A DNA stretch of 64,000 nt from the human T2T-CHM13v2.0 reference genome, Homo sapiens: NCBI RefSeq assembly GCF_009914755.1, contig NC_060933.1; one strand, written 5' to 3'. Made by a program: the position numbers and the translations under genes. Positions 53,589 to 64,000 of this stretch are shown in pieces. Positions within the stretch are counted from its first letter, which is position 1, and the number at the start of each line of letters is the position of its first letter. Under the pieces are notes generated by a model that worked only from the letters and a program-made list of their open reading frames with translations, did no database searches and was not told the origin of the DNA.

Positions 53589-54436
53589 TGTAGTATTCAT
53601 TTCCTATTGTGGTTGTAACAAGTTGCCACAAACTTAATGGTTTAAAACACAAATGTATTATCTTGTCATTATTTCTGCAGATCAGAAATTCAATCTGGAA
53701 CTCACTGGGCTAAAATCAAGTGTTGGCAAGACACTGTTCCTTTCTGGGGGCTGTAAGTGAGAAACTGTTTCTGTGACCTTTCCAGCTTCTGCAGTTTTGC
53801 TGGTCACATTCCTTGGCTCATGGCTCCCTTCCTTCATCTTCAAAGCAGCAATGTTACATCTCTCTGACCATTGCCACATCTCTCCCTCTCTGACCTTGAA
53901 AATTCCTTCACCTTTAAGGACCTATGTGATTAGGTTGAGCCCACCCAGATGTATTAGTCTGTTCCCCTGCTGCTAATAAACACATACCCGAGACAGGGTA
54001 ATTTATAAAGGAAAGAGGTTTAATGTACTCACAGTTCCACATGGCTGGGTCGGCCTCACCATCATGGTGGAAGATGAAGGAAGAGCAACGTCATGTCTTA
54101 CATAGTGGCAGACAAGAGGGTTTGTTCAGAAGAACTCCCATTTATAAAACCGTCAGATCCCATGAGACTCATTAACTACCACGAGAACACTGGGGGAAGA
54201 CCCACCCACCAAGATTCAATTACCTCCCACAGGGTCCCTCCCACAACACGTGGGGATTATGGGAGCTACAATTCAAGATGAGATTTGGTGGAGACACAGC
54301 CAAACCATATCACCAGATAATTCAGGATAATCATTCCAGTTGAAGATCCTTAATTTAATCACATTTGCAAAATTACTTACAGGTTTCTGGGATTCAGCTA
54401 TGGACATCTTCAGGGGCCATTATTCTGTCTACCACA
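53589..54436 (-). mobile_element. MLT1D-like LTR split by a THE1 insertion
   Basis: 'gtaacaagttgccacaaacttaatggtttaaaacac' ... 'ggggccattattctgtctaccaca'. Confidence 0.85.
53950..54312 (-). mobile_element. THE1 (C/D-like) solo LTR
   Basis: tgtattagtc...aaaccatatca; perfect TSD ccaga. Confidence 0.93.
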
Positions 54437-56481
54437 GGCTTACCAATGCACAACTAAGTGAGTTTTTGAACTGACTATTGGCCCAAAAAGTCAATATCCA
54501 TTTTTCAAATTGCTCTGACCTCCAACTGGATAATAAATGAAGGATCTCCAAAATGGAAAAGGGCCCAAACGCTGAACCATTAGGAAAGGATAAGAGATGA
54601 TTAGAAGTACAGCCTGTTTGTAATGATAATACTCACCAGCTGTGTGACTTTTAATGAGCCTCTTGACCTCTCCGGAGGGAAGCTTCTCCATCTTTTCACT
54701 GAGGATTCTGGAAGATGTCTAGAGAAATCATCTTACATTTCTCCAGGGACCAGACACACAATGAAAATGTGTAAAGCACCAGGTAAAATTTTTAAAAGGT
54801 GTAGTAGGATCTTTGGCAAACTAGAGAACAATGCCCTGTGTAAAAACACTCAAATGACATGTTTGTGCTTGCCAAATAAAGGACTGACCACAGACCCCTA
54901 TACCAGCTGAACTCTAATGATGCTTCTGGCTTCAACATCGGTTGGTCTTTGCAGAGCTTCATCTTGTATGCATGTGTGTGCTTTTATTTTCTCACCTTCA
55001 GCAGCAGAAGGGGAAGCATGAAGCTGAACTGGAGTGCTCATATGAAAAGATGGAGAAAAAAAGGAGCTGAAGAGAAAAGATCAGAACCTTTCTTCCCCTC
55101 ATCCCTAGATGGCAAATACTCTGCTCTGAGAAGGCAGCATCCCAGCTGTGCAGAGTTCAGCTTGGCCAAGGCTGGAAGGAGACCCAGAGCAACCCAGGCC
55201 TCATTTCCGAAGGGTGTTATTTCACCCCTGCTTCCCAGATAATGTAACTGAGTCACTCAATTGAGCATAAAATAGAAATTTGGCTTCTTATCTGCCTCAG
55301 ACCTGACTTTACTATTTTCTTTCTGCAAAATACATTTTTCACTATCTTATCTTCTAATAAACAATCCTGGCTCGGCAGCCTTGTGGCAATGGCGCTGAAT
55401 GCATTTAAGAGACATATTTTTCCTCTCTCACTCCCCGCTTAAAGTCTTCTGTTTAAAAGCCTGCGTGTATTTCCCCCTCCCTTTTGGAAAAAAAAATATA
55501 TCCCATTTGTATGCTGTCTTCCTTTAAAGAACGTACATATTTTTCATGAGCTGTTCTGATGGATCCCTCCTTATTTCCCCTTTTGCTCACTTGATCAGAA
55601 TTAAAAGAAGGACTAACTTCCACAGCAATGGTGTGTGAATTGGATGGATTTTAGTACTGGGTAGGGGAGGCCAGGGGGCTCCTTTAAGAAAGGGGCAATC
55701 TCTAGAGTGGTCAGATGCCAATGGGTTCTCCAAGATTGTGTGGTGGGCAGGACACATTTTGATGAAAAGCCAGCTGTGAATGTTTAATGCCTTCTCTCAA
55801 ATGCAGACTGTCATCAGAAGCACCAGACAGTGAAGCTTAAGCCACAGAGAAAAGAAGAGGCATAGGGAATCAACATTTACTGGAGTTTTTCTCAGAACAA
55901 CCTTATGAGAAAACAGCCACATTAGTAAAGAAGAAGAAATGGCCCCATGATTACAAAGGAGGAAACTGGGGCTCAAAGAGCTGATGCATTCAGATGATGA
56001 GATTCGAGGAAAGGGTTATGCACTTTGGGAATTCGGATTACACAGACACACTGACACACACACTTTCTGCCATAACATGTGTAGTTTTTAGGCAATTGTT
56101 TTATCCTGAGTGCAAACTGCAAAGGCCATGGAGGTGAAATCACTCCTCACCTGGCCTCCATGTGAAACTTCAACTCCTAGCTTTTTATGCTGGAAAATAT
56201 AGTAAGTTATAGACATGTGGATTTTACACTTTATAAAAGCATTTACCTCCTCCATTGCTTTTGTGGTTTATACTCAGAATAGAACTCATCCTCTGTCCTG
56301 TCTATTTTCTGCTAACCCTGTCACCTCATTCATAGGCTCAAATTCACCTCACCCTTTTTCCCCTTAAGGTAAGACCTTTAGGTGTGTTTTGCCTTTACCT
56401 GGAATATTTAACTCCTACCCATCCTTCATAGGTGAGCTCAACACCTGCCTCTTCAGGGAAGTCTTCTGTGGCCACCCTACT

Positions 56482-56839
56482 TGTATTAGTTCATTCTCAT
56501 GCTGCTCATGAAGACATACCTGAGACTGGGTCATTTATAAATGAAAGAGCTTTAAAGGACTTACAATTCCACGTGGCTGGGGAGGCCTCACAATCATGGT
56601 GGAAGACGAAGGAAGAGCAAAGGGACATATTACATGGTGGCAGCCAAGAGCATGTGCAGGGGAACTCCCCTTTATAAAACCATCACATCTTGTGAGATTT
56701 ATTCACTCTCACAAGAACAGCATGGGGAAGACCCACCACCATGATTCAATTACCTCCCACCAGGTCCTTCCCACCATACATGGAGATTACTACAATTCAA
56801 GGTGAGATTTGGGTGGGGAGACAGAGCCAAACCACATCA
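56482..56839 (-). mobile_element. THE1 (C/D-like) solo LTR inserted in an L2 3' end
   Basis: tgtattagttcattctcatgctgct...agccaaaccacatca. Confidence 0.92.
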
Positions 56840-57489
56840 CCACCTAAGGCAGCCTCCCCTCTTATTCTCTCAATAGCACACCACCTTTTTCCTTCAAAGC
56901 ATTGTTACAACAAATTTGCACATTTATGCCTGTGTTTTTATGCATCACTTAATATATCTCTTCCCCCACCAGTCTGTTAGTTCTGGGGAGTACAGAATGA
57001 TCTCATTTTGTTTTTAACATAGCAGCCCTGTGCCTCGTATACTACTTGTCACATAGGGGTGCTCAGTATGTATTTGTTGAACAAATGAATGAATGGATTT
57101 GACTCTCACAAAAACCTGTGAGACAGGTACTTTAATCTCCATTTTCTAATAAATAGTGAGATTAATAATTAGTTAACATTTCTTCAGTACTTACTGTGTG
57201 CCTAGTAGTATTCAAGGAGTTCTAATACTCCCTCTAATTATCTAAGGTGGGTAATATTCTTATTCCTATTTTACAGATGAAGAAACTGAGGCACAGACAG
57301 CACACAGCCAGCCAGAGTGCAGGTTTTCCAATATAAAGCTCCTGCTCTTCCTATTGAACCACAGGGCCTTGCATCTGAGCCACCAATACCAAGAAGGAAA
57401 AAAACCAAGAAGAGAAACTCATGGAAATCACAATCAGTCCAGGTTACTGTTTGCCTCGGAAAATTAACTGATAAGAGGTTGCAGTTTCC

Positions 57490-57560
57490 CAATGCATTTC
57501 TGTTGTTTGAGCCACCCGGTTTGTAGGTACTTTGTTACAGGGCCCTAGCAAACCAATACA
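57490..57560 (+). mobile_element. MLT1 LTR 3' terminal fragment
   Basis: 'atttctgttgtttgagccacccggtttgtaggtactttgttacagggccctagcaaaccaataca'. Confidence 0.75.
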
Positions 57561-59840
57561 CTGGATAACCTTGAGCAATATATTAAACTCTTTTAGTTTT
57601 AGTTTCCTTATATGATAAATGAGAACAGTGTGCATCTCATAAACTTGTTGTAAAAAATTAATATGAAAAAGTAAGAGCCTGGGACTTGTAATTGCTCAAT
57701 AAAATAACTAATGGTAAAAAAAAAAAAAAAAAGGTTGCAGTTTCCTCCAACATTTGTCAATCTTCAGCCAAAGATGTTCATGCAAAATCACAAGGCATAT
57801 TTCATAATCTGGTGTGGACTCTGGGGCAGTCCTGGTGAGAGCCCTTCTGGAACAAGATTGGCCACCTGCTTCCTGTGTTTTCCTCTGGGGGCTCATGCCT
57901 CAGGCCCCAGCTGCCTCTACCCACACTGAGGCTTCTTCCAGTCTAAGAACCCCATTTCTCACTTGTAGCCTGGAGAACAGGATGAGGTCAATAGTTCCTT
58001 CTGTTCCTGCAGGAAGCCAGAGAAGATTAATCTGAGGACTGAGAGATGATGCCAGGCAGTGGAGAAGATTTATGAGGGAGTGAAATCCAGGCCAAGGTCC
58101 CAGGTTTTTGTTTCTCTCTATCTGTCTTTTGACTACCACAAAGCCCTGTGGTTGGAAGAAACTTCCAGAGGTCATCTGGTCCAGCCTCCTGCCCCTAAAA
58201 ACCCTCAGGCAAGAAGAGCATGGCCATCTGATGCTCACAACACTCAGGCTTTCTACAGCTCTCTCTCTCCTCTGTGTAATGCCACTCAGATCAAGTCTAA
58301 GCATTTCCACCTGGCTTCAGAGAGCCACAATGATCTGGTTCCATACTACCTCATCTCCTCTTAATCCCCAATATAAACTCCACTCTAACCAAACTTGTTT
58401 TTCCCCCCTTGGCTCCCAGCCTCCATCCATTTGCCTATGGCTATAAATCCCGCTTTGAATGACTTTCCTTCTGCTCTTCAGCAACATGAATTTTATAAGG
58501 CTCAGTGCAAATTTCCATCCCCCAGGAGCCTTCCTTGCTGTCACAGGTCATGAATTAATATTAACAAGGTTATGTCTTTTATTTGCTAAATATTTATAAT
58601 CTCATCACTTTTTGGTGGCTTTAAGGCACAGTAATGATATAGTTCTATTTCTTGTGCATCCAATACATAAGACTTATAATTTGGTACTTGCCCCCCCCAA
58701 TCAGCTTCCACAAACACAAAATGCACGGCTTTGCCTTAAAATAATTCTGTTCCCTCCACTACAAATGTTCTTTCCCTTCTTTGTAGCCTAACAAACTTAT
58801 TATTCATCAAGTCTGAAGGAAACCAACACTTACTGTTGGCTGTGATATGTCAGGTATTGTGCTGGGTTGGGCTTTGCATACACGATCTCAACTAATCTTT
58901 ACCAAAACCCAGGATATGGCTAGCATTATGTCCACTCTATAGATAATGATACTGGGGTTTAAAGAGCTTAAGTTCATCTATATATTTATCTATTCAATCA
59001 ACAATTATTTATTTTACATCTACAGTGTACCAGAAACTCGACCGAAAGGTGAAGATAATAGGGCTGAAATTGATATTCATTCCCTGCACTCTTGAAGCTT
59101 ATTAACAGGAGATACAGAGATTGAACAAGGTATAACAAATGTAGCAAGGGGTTAAAAAGAGAAGCACAGGGCTTTTGCAGATTGCCCAGCCTGGGAGACA
59201 GAAAAAAAAATACTCTCTGGATGTGACATTTCCAGAGACCAGAAGGATGAGTAGGCTCAATTTAGGCAAAGAGTAGGGGTAAGCTAATTACCTGAAGCTG
59301 AAAAACTCATGATTAGAGGCACTAGGATCCTACCCCAAGTCTATGTGACCTCAGTCTTTGCTGTTTCTACCACATTTCTACCTCCTCTGGGAAGATTTCC
59401 TGGAACATCTACTCTGGGTCAAACCAGTCAAGCCTGAGTTTGTGCTTCCAGGGCACCCTGAGTCTATGTCATACCCATATATTGTCTTGTAATGCAGGGA
59501 AAGAGATAACTTCTTCTCAGGGGTTACTGGCACAAAAATGCAGAACTCTTGCATGTTAGTCAAGGTATGTCAACTGCTATGACAACCCAAAAATAACAGT
59601 GGCTTAAATCTAGGGGGAAAGAGAGCCTTGGCAGGATTAGCACTGCTCACAAAATCATTCAGGGACTTGGGCTTTTTTAATTTAGTGGCTTGTTCATCCT
59701 CTAAGGCCATAGAGTCTTCAGATGGATCCTCTTTATCTGGTGTCCAATGAACATGAGAAAAGTGTGGGACCCAACTTACAGAGTTAGATAGATCATCAGA
59801 CAGAAAATAAACACAGAAATTCTGGACTTAAATTCAACAT

Positions 59841-62800
59841 TTGACCATTGGAACTAAACATATCTACAGAATACTCCATCCAACAACTACAGAACATACA
59901 TTATCATGTGCATATGGAAAATACTCTAAGATTGACCACACACTTGGTCATAAAGCAAGTCTCAATAAATTCAAAAAAACTGAAATTATACCAAACATAT
60001 TCTCAGACCACAATGGAACAAAAATAGAAATCAATACCAAGAAGATCTCTCAAAACCACATAACTATGTGGGAATTAAACAATTTGCTCGTGAATGACTT
60101 TTGGGTAAAAAATAAATTAAAGCATAAATCAAAAAATTCTTTGAAATTAATGAAAACAGAGACACAACATACCAAGATCTCTGGGATGCAGCAAAAGCAG
60201 TGTTAAGAGGAAAGTTTATAGTACTAAATACACCAAAATTTAGAAAGATCTCAAATTAACAATCTAACATTTCACCTAGAGAAACTAGTAAAACAAGAAC
60301 TAATCCCAGGGCTAGAAGAAAATAAATAACTAAAATCAGAGCAGGACTGAGTGAAGTTGAGACCCAGAAATCCATACAAAGGATCAACAAAACCAAAATT
60401 GGTTATTTGAAAGGATGAATAAGATTGATAGACCACTAGCTAGATTAACAAAGTAAAAAAGAAAGAAGGCCCAAATAATCACAATCACAAATGACAAAGG
60501 TAACACTACAATTGATACAAAAGATCCTCAGTGACCATTACGAACATCACTATACACACAAACTAGAAAATATAGAGTAAGTAGATAAATTCCTGGAAAC
60601 ATGCAACCTCCCAAGATTTGATCAGGAAGAAACTGAAACACTGAACAGACCTATAATGAGTTCCAAAACTGAAACAGTAATAAAAATCCTACCAACCACA
60701 AAAAGCCCTGGATCAAATGGATTCATAGTCATATTCTACCAGACATACAAAGAAGAGCTGGTACCAATTCTATTGAAACTAGTTCAAAAAATTGAGGAGG
60801 AGGGACTCTTCCATAACTCATTCTATGAAGCCAGAATCATCCTGATATAAAAACCTAGCAAAGACATGATGAAAAAAGAAAACTACAGGCCAATATCCCT
60901 GATGAACATAGATTGCAAAAATCCTCAATAAAACACTAGCAAACCAAATCCAGCAGCACATCAAAAAGTTACTTCACCATGATGAAGCAGGCTTTATTCC
61001 TGGGATGCAAGGTTGGTTTAACATACACAAATCAATAAATATGATTCCCCATATAAACACAATTAAAATCAAAAGGCATATGATCATTTCAATAGAGGCA
61101 GAGAAAGATTTTGATAAAATCCAATATCCCTTCATGATAAAAATCCTCAACAAACTAAGCATTGAAGAAACATCCCTCAAAATAATAAGAGCCATCTATG
61201 AGAAACCCACAGCCAATATCATATTGAATGGGCAAAAGGTGGAAGCATTCCTTTTGAATGCTGGAACAAGACAAGAATGCCCATTCTCACCAATCATATT
61301 CAACATAGTACTGGAAGTCCTAGCCAGAGCAATCAAGCAAGAGAATGAAATTAAAGGCATTCAAAAAGAAAAAGAAGAAATCTATCTCTTCACTAATGAT
61401 ATGATTCTATACCTAGAAAACTCTAAATACTCCACCAAAAAGCTCCTGGAACTGATAAATGACTTCAGTAAACTTTCAGGATACAAAATCAATGTACAAA
61501 AACCAGAAGCATTTCTATACACCAGTAACATTCAAGCTGAGAGCCAATTTAAGAACTCAATGTCATGTATAATAGCCACACACACACACACACACACATA
61601 AAAAAAATATCTAGGAGTATTTCTAACCAAGGAGGTGAAAAGTCTCTACGAGCAGAACTACAAAACACTGCTTAAATGAATCATAGAAAGCAACAAATGA
61701 AAATGACACAAACAAATGGAAAAAACATTTCATGCTCATGGATTGGAAGAATCACTATCATCAAAATGGCCAAATTGCCCAAAGCAATCTACAGATTCAA
61801 TGCTATTCCTATCAAACTACCAATGTCATTTTTCAAAGAATTAGAAAAAAATATTCTAAAATTCATATGGAACCGGAAAAAAAACTCAAATAGCTAAACC
61901 AATCCTAAGCAAAAAGAACCAAGCTAGCAGTATCACATTAACTGACTTCAAACTATACTACAGGGCTACAGCAACCAAAACCTCATGGCACTAGTACAAA
62001 AATAGGCACATAAACCAGTGGAATAGAATAGAGAACCCCGAAATAAAGCCACACACCTACAACCATCTTATTGTTAATAAAGTCAACAAAAATAAGTAAC
62101 AAAGAAAGGACTCCCTATTTAATAAATGGTACTGGGATAACTGGCTAGTCATATGTAGAAGATTAAAACTGGACACGTACCTCTCACTGTATACAAAAAT
62201 TAACTTAAGATGGATTAAAGATTTAAATGTGAGACCTCAAACTATAACAATTCTAGAAGAAAACCTGGGAAATAACCTTATTGACATCAGCATTGGCAAA
62301 GAATTTATGGCTAAGTCCCCAAAAATCAATTGCAATAAAAAACAAAAATTGACCTCATTAAACTAAAGAGCGTCTGCATAGCAAAATAAACTAGCAACAG
62401 AGTAAACAGGCAATCTACAGAACAGGATAAAATATTTGCAAACTATACAGCTAACAAAGGTTTGATATCCAGAATCTATAAGGAAGTTAAACAATTCAAC
62501 AAGCAAAAAACAAATAATCCCATTTAAAAATTGGCAAAGGACATGAACAGACACTTCTCAAAAGAAGACACACAAGTGGGTGACAAAGATATGAAAACAT
62601 GTTCATCATCACTAATCATCAGAGAAATTCAAATCAAAACCACGATTAGATACTATCTCAACCAGTCAAAATGGCTATTCTTCTTCTTCTTTTTTTTTTT
62701 TTGACAGAGTCTCACTCTCTCACAGAATGGCTGGCTACTCTTATTAAAAGTAAAAAAATAACAGATATTGGCAAGACTGTGGAGAAAAAGGAATGCTTAT

Positions 62801-63215
62801 ACACTGTTGATAGGAATGTAAATTAGTTCAGCAAGTTCAGCAACTGTGGAAAGCAGTTCAAAGATTTCTCAAATAATTTAAAACAGAAATACCATTCTAC
62901 CCAGCAATGTCTTTACTGGGTATATATCCAAAAAGACCCATGCATTCATACATTCTACCAAAAAGACACATGCACCTTACGTTCATCATAGCACTATTTA
63001 CAACAGCAAAGATATGGAATCAACACAGGTGCCCAACAATGGTGGACTGCATAAAGAAAATGTGGCACATATATGCCATGGAATACTATGTAGCCATAAA
63101 AAAGAAGGAAGTCACTTCCTTTGCAGCAACATGGTTGCAGCTGGAGGCCATTATCCTAAGTGAATTAATGCAGAAACAGAAAACTAAATACCACATGTTC
63201 TCACTTATAAATGGA
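59841..63215 (+). pseudogene. Disrupted L1 ORF2 (endonuclease/reverse transcriptase)
   Basis: [53 protein letters not shown] in several frames; RT FADD motif reads FTND (61389-61400). Confidence 0.9.
62690..62723 (-). mobile_element. Extremely 5'-truncated Alu (tail plus about 20 nt) inside L1
   Basis: 'ttttttttttttgacagagtctcactctctcac' flanked by the duplicated aatggct..tctt. Confidence 0.7.
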
Positions 63216-63449
63216 AGCTACACGTTGAGTACACATGGACATAAAGATGGGAACAATAGACACTGGGAACTACAAGAGGAGGTAGAGAGGGAGCAAGGGA
63301 TTGAGGGACTACCTAATGGGTACTATGGTCACTACCTGGATGTGGAGTTCAATCATACCGCAGACTTTAGTATCACACAATATACCCTGTGGCAAACCTG
63401 CATATGTACCCCCGAATCCAAAATAAAAGTTTTAAAAAAAAAAGTGTGC

Positions 63450-63590
63450 AGGAGGAGTGTGGGGGGAGAGGAGGAGAGTACAGGAAAAGAGGAAAGTACA
63501 ATGGGAAAGGAGGGGAGGGGAAGAGAAAGGAGGGAAGGGAAGGGAAAGGAAAGGTGGATAAGGGAAGACAAAAGAAAAGGTGAGGAGAAC
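63450..63590 (+). repeat. GA-rich low-complexity tract
   Basis: Purine-rich run after the L1 tail. Confidence 0.8.
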
Positions 63591-64000
63591 ATGGAGGTTC
63601 ATACAAGGTTGTAAGGGCATAGAAGCAGTGTACATCATTGCAGCCTACATTCTATTGGCTACAAATCAATCTTATGACCCATCTTGGTTTCAAATATTGG
63701 AATCAGGACCAGAACCCATGTCCCCAGAGCTGGTCCAGGTGCTGGTCACACACAATATGATGCCTGGCCTGGGGGCCTCATGCCCACTCCTCTTACCCAC
63801 CCCACACACTTGCCTTACCATATGCACCACGCAGATGAACTGCCATAGTTCCCACCTCAGTCACCTCTGCAAGAATGCCTTGATTTTGCCAAACACTTGA
63901 TATTTGGCATGAGGAGCTATAACATCCAGATGGAGGTATCTTTGCTCTCAATTCATAGAGGCAGAGAAAGTCATGATTCTAGACCAAACTCTTCATTTCA

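Larger units (their letters stand above)
59770..63443 (+). mobile_element. 5'-truncated L1 (L1PA15/16-like), about 3.7 kb, splitting an MLT1-type LTR
   Basis: ORF2 EN/RT/C-terminal peptide remnants, L1PA-type 3' UTR with A tail, probable TSD aaaagtgtg (59758-59766 / 63440-63448). Confidence 0.93.

Noticed and set aside
61005-63614. 198 aa and 235 aa ORFs as functional genes
   Set aside because: L1 ORF2 and 3' UTR remnants; RT FADD is mutated to FTND and the frame is broken repeatedly.

Overview
Primate (human-like) non-coding DNA, probably deep intronic or intergenic. It is dense in old mammalian interspersed repeats (MIR, L2, MLT1/MLT2, hAT MERs) and carries primate-age insertions: a full-length THE1A MaLR provirus with intact TSD, solo THE1, LTR27/28-like, LTR47B-like and MLT2A LTRs, five near-full-length Alus, a 3.7 kb L1PA15/16-type element and a 5'-inverted L1. 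I can support no host protein-coding exon, RNA gene or CpG island. All sizeable ORFs are retroelement remnants or low-complexity artefacts. I found no novel gene system. The most unusual signal is a recurrent set of local templated insertions: 25-220 bp direct-orientation copies of nearby sequence pasted into older repeats 0.9-1.3 kb away (8659<-9546, 16471<-15182, 50164<-51430, 52822<-51645), plus micro template-switch scars. Repeat subfamily names come from recalled consensus similarity, not a database search. Boundaries of old MIR/L2 fragments are approximate and not every fragment is listed.
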